Assembly: GCA_965116495.1 (NCBI GenBank)
Contig: OZ220696.1
Location: 3,456,001-3,520,000 of the forward strand
Direction of reading: 5' to 3'
Origin: Gammaproteobacteria bacterium
Lineage (GTDB): Bacteria > Pseudomonadota > Gammaproteobacteria > Eutrophobiales > Eutrophobiaceae
Length of the DNA stretch: 64,000 bases
Every line of letters starts with the position of its first letter. Position 1 is the first letter of the stretch. Made by a program: the position numbers and the translations under genes. Positions 51,017-60,137 of the stretch are shown here, one piece after another. The notes beneath the pieces were generated by a model. The model searched no databases, was not told the DNA's origin, and was given only the letters and a program-made list of their open reading frames with translations.

Positions 51017-51258
51017 ACAGGTTTGAATATGCATTTTAAGACACGCTGTGAATACATCCCTGTACGCTTGGTCCATCCGCTGTCCCTGCGGATGACAGTC
51101 TTAAAATGCACATCCAAACCTGTCGGCATCCTGCGATTACTGGTTCCTGGTCAGGCTGTGGAGGAAAGGATGGGTGCGTTCTTGAAAATGCTATGCCAAC
51201 CTGTCGGTATTCTGTGATTACGGGTTTCCAGTCTGGCTGGGGAGGGAAGTATGGGTGA
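51017..51258. repeat. Structured palindromic element followed by an ~80-bp imperfect tandem duplication
   Basis: Inverted repeat 51017-51042 / 51098-51123; duplicated unit 51101-51177 against 51182-51258. Confidence 0.75.
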
Positions 51259-52099
51259 AATCGTATTAGCCGCAAAGATTACGCATGTGCCGTCGATGTA
51301 CCTGTCGGAGTTGCCCGGGCCGCACCAGGGATGCCGGGAGGATGCCATTGAAGGCCACCGGGAGCTTAGCCGGCGGGCGCGGGAGCGGGGCGCGGATACG
51401 GCGCTGGTGTTTGACGTGCACTGGCTGGTGAACAGCGGTTACCACATTAACAGCGGCGAACATTTCGAGGGGGTGTATACCAGCCATGAACTGCCCCATT
51501 TCATCAAGGACATGGCCTATGAGTATGACGGCAACCCCGCCCTGGGCGACCTGGTTGCCGAGTGCGCCAATGCCCGGGGGATCAATACCCGGTCACACCA
51601 CATCGAGAGCCTGGCGCTTGAGTACGGCACCCTGGTGCCGATGCGCTACATGAACCAGGACCGGCATTTCAAGGTGGTCTCCGTCGCGGCCTGGTGCGCC
51701 TGGCACGACCTGAACGATTCCAGGGTCTTCGGCGAGGCGGTGAGGACCGCCATAGAAAAAAGCGACAGTAAGGTCATGGTGTTGGCCAGCGGGTCCTTAT
51801 CGCACCGTTTCAACGACAACTCCAACGCCGGCGACAGGATATTCCAGATCAGCGACGAATTTTACCAGCAGACGGACCTGCGCGTGGTGGATTTATGGAA
51901 ACAGGGAGATTTCAAGACGTTTACGGAAATGTTCCACGAGTACGCCTACCGCTGTCATGGCGAGGGCTGGATGCACGACACCGCGATGTTGCTGGGCATG
52001 CTGGGCTGGGACGCCTACGACAGACCGGTGGAAATCATCAGTGATTATTTCCCCAGTTCCGGCACCGGCCAGATCAACGCGGAATTTCCGGTAATCTGA
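51251..52099 (+). CDS. hpaD: Homoprotocatechuate 2,3-dioxygenase (LigB-type)
   Basis: AAKITHVPSM, FDVHW, LEYGTLVP, SGSLSH and SSGTGQ motifs. Confidence 0.93.
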   Translation: MGEIVLAAKITHVPSMYLSELPGPHQGCREDAIEGHRELSRRARERGADTALVFDVHWLVNSGYHINSGEHFEGVYTSHELPHFIKDMAYEYDGNPALGDLVAECANARGINTRSHHIESLALEYGTLVPMRYMNQDRHFKVVSVAAWCAWHDLNDSRVFGEAVRTAIEKSDSKVMVLASGSLSHRFNDNSNAGDRIFQISDEFYQQTDLRVVDLWKQGDFKTFTEMFHEYAYRCHGEGWMHDTAMLLGMLGWDAYDRPVEIISDYFPSSGTGQINAEFPVI

Positions 52100-52109
52100 G
52101 GATATTGAT

Positions 52110-52517
52110 ATGCCCCATTTCATCCTGGAGTATTCAGCCAATATCAAGGACGACCTGGACCTGGACGGGTTATTCAGGTCCCTGCATGAAACCGCGCTGG
52201 AGACCGGTGTCTTTCCCCTGGGCGGTATCCGCTTTCGCGCCGTTCGTTGCGATGATTACCTGATCGCCGACGCCGACCCGCAAAACGCCTTTGTGCATTT
52301 AACCGCCAAAATAGGCCGCAGGCGGGAGCCTGACGTCAGGCAGTCTGTCGCTGAGAAGATATTCGATACCCTGGTCGAATACCTGGATTCCCTCTACCGG
52401 CAACGGCCGTTGGCCATCTCGTTCGAACTGACCGAACTGGCCATGGGGCTGAGTTTCAGAAAGAACAACATCCACGAGAAGATAAAGCAGAAGCAAAGCG
52501 CAGATCAGGCCCAGTAA
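52110..52517 (+). CDS. hpaF: 5-carboxymethyl-2-hydroxymuconate isomerase
   Basis: N-terminal MPHFILEYSAN (Pro1) and FPLGGIR motifs. Confidence 0.92.
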   Translation: MPHFILEYSANIKDDLDLDGLFRSLHETALETGVFPLGGIRFRAVRCDDYLIADADPQNAFVHLTAKIGRRREPDVRQSVAEKIFDTLVEYLDSLYRQRPLAISFELTELAMGLSFRKNNIHEKIKQKQSADQAQ

Positions 52518-52574
52518 ACCGCCAGACCGTCATTCCTGTAAAAATCAAAACGCCGCCCCGGGCGGCGCATTGAA

Positions 52575-53261
52575 TTATTTTACCGCCCTGAAATTAACCC
52601 AGTAACCGGTGCGCCAGCCCGTATCGACATGGCGGAAGCCGGCGGAGTGTAACCAGGCTTTCTGATCGGTATAATCGTCAGGCCAGTCGTAAGCGTCATG
52701 ATGTTCGGCCATCCACGCCCATTTTTCACCATCGGGATAGCTGGCATTGATGAACGTCCGCCATTCCCCGACCAGTCGTGTGTGTTCAGCGGAATTCTTT
52801 TTGACCATCATATCCGAGCAGGTGAAAATACCTCCCTGTTTCAGCGCATTGCAGAGCAGGGGAAAAATCCACTGTTTTTCCCCACTGTCGAGGTGGTGCA
52901 GGCTGAAATTTGCTGCAATAAGATCAAAATAGTCCTCGGGGAAGGTATAATCCCGGAAGTAACTCCTGACGCAGTTCATATTTATGCCGGAAAATCTTTC
53001 CCGGCATATGGCCAGCATGTCCGGCGAGACATCCAGCAAGGTATATTCGGCGTCGGGAAATTTTTCCAGAAGCAGGGCTGTCACATTGCCGTTGCCGCAC
53101 CCCAGGTCCAGGATTTTAGCCGCAGAAAAGCTGTCCGGCAGGCATTCACTGAGACTGGACAGCAACCGCAGGTAATGCGGGACAATGCGGATGATATCTT
53201 CCGTATAGTTATCGGAGAACCGGTCAAACTCGTCGGCAAGGGTTGCTTTAATTTTCATCAT
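52575..53261 (-). CDS. Class I SAM-dependent methyltransferase
   Basis: ILDLGCGNG and FSLHHL motifs. Confidence 0.85.
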   Translation of the reverse strand: MMKIKATLADEFDRFSDNYTEDIIRIVPHYLRLLSSLSECLPDSFSAAKILDLGCGNGNVTALLLEKFPDAEYTLLDVSPDMLAICRERFSGINMNCVRSYFRDYTFPEDYFDLIAANFSLHHLDSGEKQWIFPLLCNALKQGGIFTCSDMMVKKNSAEHTRLVGEWRTFINASYPDGEKWAWMAEHHDAYDWPDDYTDQKAWLHSAGFRHVDTGWRTGYWVNFRAVK

Positions 53262-53290
53262 GGTATTTTACCCGATTAGTACACACTGAT

Positions 53291-54025
53291 ATGTCTTTGC
53301 TTGAACCGGTTGCAATCCTGATCGTATTCGGGTCGTTTTTTTCATCATTCATCAGCGCGACCTTTGCGGTGGGGGGCGGCTTCATCATGCTTGCCATCCT
53401 CTCCAGCGCATTGCCGATTACCTCGGCGGTGCCGCTGCACAGCTGGATGATGCTGGGCCTGTCGCTGGGCAGGTTCTGGTATTTCCGCAAGGATATAAAC
53501 TGGCCCATCGTATTACCGTTTATACTGGGCGCCTGTATCGGTGTGTTTGCCGGGGGCCGGGTCTATTTTGACCTTTCGGAATTTCTGTTGAGCCTGGTTA
53601 TCGGCTTGTTGATCCTGGGCGCGGTGTGGATGCCGCAACGGGTAAGGTGGGGGTCGCAGCTACCCACGCCGTTTTTCTGGGTCGGCATTATCCATTCCTT
53701 CATATCGACCCTGTTTTCCTTTGGCGGGCTGTATCAGCCGCTGATGCTGCGCGCAGCATTAACCAAGCTGCAAATCGTGGGGACACTGGCTGCGGGCCTG
53801 TTGCTCATGAACCTGCTCAAGCTGGGCGCATACAGTTATTACGGGTTTGATTACGGCCCCTATTTCGGCGTCATCCTGGCCGCTGTCCTGGTCGCCATCC
53901 CCGGCGCTTTCCTGGGGAAAAAGGTATTGCATCGAATCTCCGAAGACAGGTTCCGGCTCATATTCAAGATCATCATGACATGCTTTGCCCTGAGACTATT
54001 GTACAGGGCCTGGATTCTCCTCTGA
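53291..54025 (+). CDS. TauE/SafE-family (TSUP) permease
   Basis: About 8 TM helices; FAVGGG and GAFLGKKVL..ISEDRF motifs. Confidence 0.8.
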   Translation: MSLLEPVAILIVFGSFFSSFISATFAVGGGFIMLAILSSALPITSAVPLHSWMMLGLSLGRFWYFRKDINWPIVLPFILGACIGVFAGGRVYFDLSEFLLSLVIGLLILGAVWMPQRVRWGSQLPTPFFWVGIIHSFISTLFSFGGLYQPLMLRAALTKLQIVGTLAAGLLLMNLLKLGAYSYYGFDYGPYFGVILAAVLVAIPGAFLGKKVLHRISEDRFRLIFKIIMTCFALRLLYRAWILL

Positions 54026-54796
54026 GACCGGCCTGCCGGCGACCAGCCAGTAACCGTATCCCATCAGGATTGCTCCGGAGCAGGCATTGCCCAGCGTCAC
54101 CCAGACCAGATTGCGAACTGCCCCGGCCAACGAAATGCCCGCGCCATGTTCTGACAACAAGGCGACTGAGAACAGGGTCATATTGGCAACGGAGTGCTCA
54201 AAACCGGCAGCAATAAAAGCGAACAGGCACCAGAAGATGATGATGCACTTCGCGGCGTCGTCATCAGTTCGCGCCGCGCCCCAGATCGCAAGGCAGACCA
54301 ACCAGTTACACAGCACGGCGCGCATGAACAACTCCATGCCCGGGGCCGTCATTTTCTTCAGCGCGACGGTATGGATCAGGTCCTGGCCTCCGTCCTGAAG
54401 CACCACGCCACCACCGCCGAGCACAAATAACAGACCGAGCAGCGCCGATCCGAGCAGGTTGCCGGACCAGGTAGTGCCCCATGCGCGCGCCAGGTCGCCG
54501 GTCCTGATCCTGCCGGTCAAACGCCCTATGGTCATGTACATCGCATGGCCTGTGAACAGTTCCGACCCGGCAAAGATAACCAGCGTCAGCGCGATTCCGA
54601 AGCTGACACCCATCACCAGGTTGCGAATTGCCGGATCCGCCGTCTGCCCGACCGAAAAAATCAACAATATACCCATCCCGACGTAAACTCCGGCCATCAT
54701 TGAGGCTACCCAGAAACCAGGCGGATTGCTGGAAAGGAATCGGGTTTTCAGCGCGGCAAGCTCGGCGAATTCATTGATCGTATTATCAGGTTTCAT
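53996..54796 (-). CDS. nirC: Formate/nitrite transporter (NirC-like)
   Basis: AGSELFTG, LCNWLVCLA, GFEHSVANM and VTLGN motifs. Start placed at MKPDNT; the longer ORF reads into the MITE. Confidence 0.85.
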   Translation of the reverse strand: MKPDNTINEFAELAALKTRFLSSNPPGFWVASMMAGVYVGMGILLIFSVGQTADPAIRNLVMGVSFGIALTLVIFAGSELFTGHAMYMTIGRLTGRIRTGDLARAWGTTWSGNLLGSALLGLLFVLGGGGVVLQDGGQDLIHTVALKKMTAPGMELFMRAVLCNWLVCLAIWGAARTDDDAAKCIIIFWCLFAFIAAGFEHSVANMTLFSVALLSEHGAGISLAGAVRNLVWVTLGNACSGAILMGYGYWLVAGRPVSEENPGPVQ

Positions 54797-54798
54797 GA

Positions 54799-55029
54799 TT
54801 AAGGAACCTCTGATAAAAACAGAGGTTCCTACGGTACAGGGATGTGCCGTCAAAATCAATGATAGTATGTCATTGATTTTGCGAGGGAAACAAAAATCGC
54901 ATTTTTGTTTTCACTCGCTACATCCTGGTAGCTCGCCGCAAGGCGGCAACAAGTTGTGCAAATCGGCTATCCTGCCGATTTGTGCGTACTCTGACAAGTC
55001 CTGGACGGACTTGAGCAGAGCTTCCTTAA
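54799..55029. mobile_element. MITE-like repeat, copy 3 (with ~70-bp internal insert)
   Basis: TTAAGGAACCTCTGAT ... AGCAGAGCTTCCTTAA; extra segment at about 54912-54982. Confidence 0.8.
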
Positions 55030-55033
55030 TTCC

Positions 55034-56029
55034 TCAAATCACGGTAATCTGGCTGGATTTGCAACTGACCCATACCGTGGCGCCAAGTTGCAGGTTCAAC
55101 TCTTCCATTGCCGTGCGGGTGATCACGGCGTTGAACACCACGTCCGATTTTATCTTCAGGTGGATTTCTCCATTGACCGCGCTCATTGCCGTCACAGTAC
55201 CGGAAAAGTTATTGCGCATGCTGGATGACAGGCGCTCGGGGGAAATAACGAGATGCCTTGGATCGATGAACAGTTTATGGCCGGACCTGACGCTTTCCGG
55301 TACCGAAAAGCGTGCCTTGCCGCTGGTGAACGTGTTGCCGTTCACGTCCACCGTTCCGCTGAACAGGTTCCCGGACGAAACAGGATGTATGCGGCCGTTG
55401 ATCAGGTTGAGAATATTATCGGACAACGACAGCGCCCGCAGCCGGTCATGGGTGCTGAACAGTATCGTTTTCGACCGGTTCGCCCGTTGCGCGGCGATCC
55501 ACTCCTCAATGTCGTGGACGGTCACCTCATCCAGGTAGGTGAACGGTTCATCCATGATAACCACCTCCGGTTGCAAAGCCAGGGCGCGGGCCAGCGCAAC
55601 TTTCTGTATTTCACCACCTGACAGCTTGCCGGCGTCCCGGTCCAGCAGCGTCGCCAGGCCCAGTTCACCGGCAACGGTATTAACCGCAGCATTGATGGCG
55701 GCATGGGTTTCACCGCGGAATTTCAGCCCCAGGCCGATGTTGTCCCGGACCGACATCTTCATCAGGTAGGGTTTTTGCTGTACGTAGCCGACCTGGCGCC
55801 GCAGCAGGGCGGCAGTTATCCCGGCGGTCGGTTTGCCGCGCAACAGTATCCTGCCGGTATCGGGTTTGCGCAGGAAGGCCAGGATGTCGAACAGCGTGCT
55901 TTTACCGGAACCGTTGGGTCCGACCACTGCCGTTACCCGGTTGCGGCCGATGAGAAGTTCATCCAGGTCCAGTACATTCCGTGCGGAATAGGAAAACGTC
56001 AGGTCGGAGATTTTGTATAGGTGCTCCAT
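55034..56029 (-). CDS. tupC: Tungstate ABC transporter ATPase with C-terminal TOBE domain
   Basis: GPNGSGKST, LSGGE, MDEP and SSMRNNFSG...ITR...L.L..G TOBE motifs. Confidence 0.8.
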   Translation of the reverse strand: MEHLYKISDLTFSYSARNVLDLDELLIGRNRVTAVVGPNGSGKSTLFDILAFLRKPDTGRILLRGKPTAGITAALLRRQVGYVQQKPYLMKMSVRDNIGLGLKFRGETHAAINAAVNTVAGELGLATLLDRDAGKLSGGEIQKVALARALALQPEVVIMDEPFTYLDEVTVHDIEEWIAAQRANRSKTILFSTHDRLRALSLSDNILNLINGRIHPVSSGNLFSGTVDVNGNTFTSGKARFSVPESVRSGHKLFIDPRHLVISPERLSSSMRNNFSGTVTAMSAVNGEIHLKIKSDVVFNAVITRTAMEELNLQLGATVWVSCKSSQITVI

Positions 56030-56718
56030 CAGCCCATGGCCTGGAAACGCTGTACGATGAAATTCACCAGGAAGGCCGTAACCAGCAATAATATTCCCAG
56101 GGCCAGGGCGAACTCGAATTCACCCTTGCTGGTCTCCAGCGCAATTGCCGTTGTCATGGTGCGGGTAAAACCTTCGATGTTGCCACCCAGCATCATGGCA
56201 ATGCCTACCTCGCCTATGGCCCGGCCGAAGCCGGCGACCATGGCGGCCGCCAGGGCAAACTTCACCTCGTTCACGTACATAATCCCCTGTTGCAGGGTGG
56301 ATGCACCCAGGGCCTGGCTGGTGGGGAGCAGGCGCGGGTCGGCGCTGGACGCCGCGGCGATGGAGAGGTTCCAGATGATCGGTAATATCAACACTGTCTG
56401 GCCGATGATGATGGCGCCGGTTGTGTACAGCAGGCCCAGGTCGCCCAGGACTCCCTTCCGGGTCAGCACGCCGTATAACAACAGGCCTACCACCACCGTC
56501 GGCAGGGCCATCAGGGTATTCAGTGTCTGTTGCAGCAGGCGCTTGCCCGGAAAGTCCCGCAGCACCACCATGATACCCAGGGGGATGCCGGCCAGCGCGG
56601 CCAGCGTGACCGCCACAACGGAAATGTGTAACGAGGTCCAGACTACCGTGTAGACTTCCCGGTCAAAACTGAATATGAGTGACAGCGCCGCGCCGGCCGC
56701 CGCGGAAAAATAATCCAT
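56029..56718 (-). CDS. tupB: Tungstate ABC transporter permease
   Basis: LMALPTVVVGL and GFGRAIGEVG..MMLGGNI.G.TRT.TTAIALET.KG motifs. Confidence 0.88.
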   Translation of the reverse strand: MDYFSAAAGAALSLIFSFDREVYTVVWTSLHISVVAVTLAALAGIPLGIMVVLRDFPGKRLLQQTLNTLMALPTVVVGLLLYGVLTRKGVLGDLGLLYTTGAIIIGQTVLILPIIWNLSIAAASSADPRLLPTSQALGASTLQQGIMYVNEVKFALAAAMVAGFGRAIGEVGIAMMLGGNIEGFTRTMTTAIALETSKGEFEFALALGILLLVTAFLVNFIVQRFQAMG

Positions 56719-56728
56719 CCGGCCCGGC

Positions 56729-57091
56729 CTAGCCCGCCGCGAGGCCCACTATCGCCAGCAGTAGCGCAGCCAGCGCCAGGAAGAAAGCAAAACCGGAACG
56801 CTGCTGTTCCCGCTGCAGCGAACCGGCCAGCGCCTCGTTCTGGCGGGCCAGTTGCTCGATGAGTTTGATCTGCTCGACGCTGGCTTCATCCATTGCATCC
56901 AGGCGCGCCTCCAGCCTGTCGATGACCTGTTCCAGGTTGTCCGCCGTGACCGGGAGTTTTTCGGTGCGAGCGGGGGCATCCTGGTTCCGCTCCTTGATCA
57001 AATCGATTAGTTTGCCTGCGCCCTGAATGATCAGGGGGGCGGAATTGAGCAGTGTTTTGATGGTAAACGGGTTCATGAGTTTTTTAATCAC
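56729..57091 (-). CDS. Hypothetical coiled-coil protein with C-terminal TM anchor
   Basis: 120-aa ORF with heptad pattern and hydrophobic tail. Confidence 0.55.
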   Translation of the reverse strand: MIKKLMNPFTIKTLLNSAPLIIQGAGKLIDLIKERNQDAPARTEKLPVTADNLEQVIDRLEARLDAMDEASVEQIKLIEQLARQNEALAGSLQREQQRSGFAFFLALAALLLAIVGLAAG

Positions 57092-57125
57092 TGTAGTATT
57101 CGCGTGCCGATATAGCGCGTCCGCG

Positions 57126-57153
57126 CTTGAAAAATTCTATCTCATCCCCATTT
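57126..57153 (+). promoter_or_regulatory. Sigma32 (RpoH) heat-shock promoter
   Basis: CTTGAAA-N13-CCCCATTT upstream of the hsp20 pair. Confidence 0.85.
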
Positions 57154-57203
57154 TTTCTACCAGTAACACTTTTTACTCGCATATATAAATCTGGAGGTGA
57201 AAC

Positions 57204-57629
57204 ATGGTCAGATTATTTACAAGTCCCATTGACGGTCTATTGACCCTGCAAAAAGCGTTGTCGGACACGATGACGAGCGACTGGTTCGGATCAGGACTCA
57301 GCAGCCGCGGCGGGTTTCCACCGATCAACATATTCCAGGCGGACGGCGAATACGCAATTATTGCGGAACTGCCCGGGGTCAATCGTGAGGATATTGATGT
57401 CGACGTCCAGCGCAACCGCGTCAGGATTTCAGGAAAAAAGCAGGTGGACTACGGAGAGGGATCAAGCGTACACCGGCGCGAGCGGCAAACGGGCGCGTTC
57501 GACCGTACCTTCGCCACGCCGTTTGAGATAGACGCAGAGCGGGTCAATGCAGAATACCATGACGGTATACTGGCTTTGTCCCTGCCGCGGGCCGAGCAGG
57601 ACAAGCCCCGTTCCATCAATATTTCCTGA
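57204..57629 (+). CDS. Hsp20/alpha-crystallin small heat-shock protein
   Basis: FPPINI, AELPGV, RRER..G.F.R and AEYHDGIL motifs. Confidence 0.92.
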   Translation: MVRLFTSPIDGLLTLQKALSDTMTSDWFGSGLSSRGGFPPINIFQADGEYAIIAELPGVNREDIDVDVQRNRVRISGKKQVDYGEGSSVHRRERQTGAFDRTFATPFEIDAERVNAEYHDGILALSLPRAEQDKPRSINIS

Positions 57630-57673
57630 ACTATTCAAGCGAACATTCAGCCATTCACAGGCAGGAGGTTATC

Positions 57674-58072
57674 ATGTCAAAGAATCAAGATTTAACTCCC
57701 CAGGAGAAGAAAGAACTGGATGCAAAGGAAGAGAAGACCTATGCCGGAAAATTCTATCTGCCCGGCACGGATATCTTCGAGACCGGTGATGCGATCACCA
57801 TGGCGCTGGAAATGCCCGGTGTCAGCAAGGAAAATATCGATATCAAACTGGAGCAGCGCCAGCTTTCGATCCAGGGCCATATCGATTTCGATAATTACGA
57901 AAACTTCAAGCCGGTCTATACGGAATATAACGTCGGCCACTACAGCCGCAGTTTTAACCTGTCCAGTGAGGTCGACACGGATAATATCAAGGCCAGTGTT
58001 GCCGACGGCGTATTGACCCTGATGTTGCCGAAAGCGAAGGAAACCCGGCTCAGGAAGATCCAGGTCCACTGA
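57674..58072 (+). CDS. Hsp20/alpha-crystallin small heat-shock protein (second paralog)
   Basis: TDIFET, EMPGV, YSRSF and DGVLTL.LPK motifs. Confidence 0.92.
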   Translation: MSKNQDLTPQEKKELDAKEEKTYAGKFYLPGTDIFETGDAITMALEMPGVSKENIDIKLEQRQLSIQGHIDFDNYENFKPVYTEYNVGHYSRSFNLSSEVDTDNIKASVADGVLTLMLPKAKETRLRKIQVH

Positions 58073-58104
58073 CGGACGCGTTGTCTGCCGGCGCAACAAA
58101 GAGC

Positions 58105-58129
58105 GGGGACGGATTTTAAATCCGTCCCC
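58105..58129. repeat. GGGGAC palindrome, probably also acting as the hsp20 terminator
   Basis: GGGGACGGATTT-T-AAATCCGTCCCC; a near-identical copy lies at about 5136-5160. Confidence 0.7.
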
Positions 58130-58198
58130 CATCCCACTATGCTGCGCCGTTTAATTATTTCACAAAGGATATCCGTTTATCCGTACAATAACCGGTAA

Positions 58199-59161
58199 AT
58201 GTCAAACCGATCCGAGATTCTCCGCCTTAAATCATTCATCTCCCGGCATATCATCGGCCAGCACACGCTGGTGGACAGGCTGCTGCTGGCGTTGCTGGCT
58301 GATGGTCATTTACTGGTCGAGGGCGCGCCGGGCCTGGCCAAGACCCGGGCCATCAAGGTCCTGGGTGACGGCGTCGAAGCGGATTTTCACCGGGTTCAAT
58401 TCACCCCTGACCTGCTGCCTGCCGACTTGACCGGCACCGAGATCTACCGCCCCCAGGACGGTACTTTCCAGTTCCAGCGCGGGCCGCTGTTTCATAACCT
58501 GATCCTGGCGGACGAAGTAAACCGGGCGCCGGCAAAAGTCCAGTCGGCGTTGCTCGAAGCAATGGCCGAGAGGCAGATTACCGTCGGCAGGGAAACCTAC
58601 CCGTTGCCGCAACTTTACCTGGTCATGGCAACGCAGAACCCGATCGAGCAGGAAGGCACTTACCCGTTACCGGAGGCGCAGCTTGACCGGTTTCTGTTGC
58701 ACGTCCGTATCACCTACCCGGAGGCGGAAGATGAACTGGCAATCCTGGGACTGGCCCGGCAGGAAGCCCGGCAGGGGTATGACCCGGCGCAACTGTCACC
58801 GGTGACCCAGGAAGCCGTGTTTGCTGCCCGCAACGAAGCGCTGGACACCTACATGGCCGCGAACCTCGAGCAATACCTGATCCAGCTGGTGCTGGCGACC
58901 CGCAGTCCCGGCGCTTATGGCGACGACCTAGCCCAGTGGCTGCAATACGGGGCCAGCCCGCGCGCAACCATCGCCCTGGACCGTTGCGCCCGGGTGCACG
59001 CGTGGCTGAATGACCGGGATTTTGTCGGGCCGGAGGACGTGCAGGCGGTGGTCTACGACGTTCTGCGCCACCGCCTGATATTGAACTATGAAGCGGAAGC
59101 CGAAGGGATCACCACGGACCACGTGATCGGTGAACTGATTACCCGCATCGCAGTACCCTGA
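58199..59161 (+). CDS. moxR: MoxR-family AAA+ ATPase
   Basis: EGAPGLAKT, DEVNRAPAKVQSALLE and TQNPIEQEGTYPLPEAQLDRF motifs. Confidence 0.95.
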   Translation: MSNRSEILRLKSFISRHIIGQHTLVDRLLLALLADGHLLVEGAPGLAKTRAIKVLGDGVEADFHRVQFTPDLLPADLTGTEIYRPQDGTFQFQRGPLFHNLILADEVNRAPAKVQSALLEAMAERQITVGRETYPLPQLYLVMATQNPIEQEGTYPLPEAQLDRFLLHVRITYPEAEDELAILGLARQEARQGYDPAQLSPVTQEAVFAARNEALDTYMAANLEQYLIQLVLATRSPGAYGDDLAQWLQYGASPRATIALDRCARVHAWLNDRDFVGPEDVQAVVYDVLRHRLILNYEAEAEGITTDHVIGELITRIAVP

Positions 59162-59168
59162 GGGCAGT

Positions 59169-60125
59169 ATGCAGGCCAACATCTCCAGCGCCGTTACTGA
59201 TCCGGTCCGGGTTTCCGTACCGGCCCTGGTCGGATTGAACCGGGCGGCCGCCTCGATCCGCCTGGGCAGCGGCAGGATATTCTCCAGGCAGGGCGGTGAC
59301 TACCAGTCCCCTTTCCGTGGCAGGGGAATGGAGTTTGATGAATCGAGGCTATACCAGCCGGGAGATGATATCCGCAATATAGATTGGCGCGTGACGGCCA
59401 GAACCGGCAAGACCCATACGAAACTTTTTCGGGAGGAACGCGAACGCCCGGTATTTGTCTGGATCGACCTGCGCAGGGCCATGCACTTCGCGACGCGCGG
59501 CAGGTATAAATCGGTCCTGGCCGCAGAACTGGCCGCATTGATCGGTTGGAGCGCACTGCATAACGGCGACCGGGTAGGGGGAGTGGTGTTTTCCGAAGAG
59601 GAACACCATGAGTTGAGACCCCAGCGCGGCAAGACTGCGGTATTGCGCCTGATCAACAGGATAGTCAAGGACGCCGGCTGGTCACATCCGGCGCTTTCCA
59701 CAAACGGCAGACAGTCCCTTGAACATGCCTTGCAGCGCCTGCGGCGCGTCGCCAGGCCGGGCAGCCTGATATTTTTAATCAGTGACTTCCGGCGCCTGGA
59801 CGCCCAGGCTGAGATAACGCTGACCAGATTGTCCCGGCATAACGAGGTCGCCATGTTGTTTGTTTATGACCAGCTTGAACAGGCATTGCCTCCGCCCGGG
59901 CGTTACAAGGTCAGTGACGGCGCCAGGGAGTTCCTGGTGGATAGCTCGGATAATCACCGGGTCAGGGAATACCGGCAGCAGTTCCGGGCGCGCCTGGGCC
60001 GGTTACAGCAGCTGTCCAGGTCAAACCGGATGATCTTGCTCCCGTGCAGAACCGATGCCGAACCGCTGCAACTGTTGCTCAGCGGCCTGAAATCCGGGGC
60101 AGGGGACGGGATTCGGGAACCATAG
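59169..60125 (+). CDS. DUF58 protein (bat operon)
   Basis: GRGMEF...R.YQPGDDIR.IDWRVTAR and ISDF motifs. Confidence 0.9.
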   Translation: MQANISSAVTDPVRVSVPALVGLNRAAASIRLGSGRIFSRQGGDYQSPFRGRGMEFDESRLYQPGDDIRNIDWRVTARTGKTHTKLFREERERPVFVWIDLRRAMHFATRGRYKSVLAAELAALIGWSALHNGDRVGGVVFSEEEHHELRPQRGKTAVLRLINRIVKDAGWSHPALSTNGRQSLEHALQRLRRVARPGSLIFLISDFRRLDAQAEITLTRLSRHNEVAMLFVYDQLEQALPPPGRYKVSDGAREFLVDSSDNHRVREYRQQFRARLGRLQQLSRSNRMILLPCRTDAEPLQLLLSGLKSGAGDGIREP

Positions 60126-60137
60126 AGTATCCGGGAA

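Noticed and set aside
51017-51258. CRISPR-like array (also considered for the MITE copies and the 42.1 kb heptamers)
   Set aside because: No regularly spaced identical repeats with unique spacers, and no cas genes.
54726-55538. ORFs reading through MITE copies (270 aa here; also 29643-29873, 31255-31491 and the nirC N-terminal extension)
   Set aside because: Translations of the non-coding repeat; the same peptide fragments recur at each copy.
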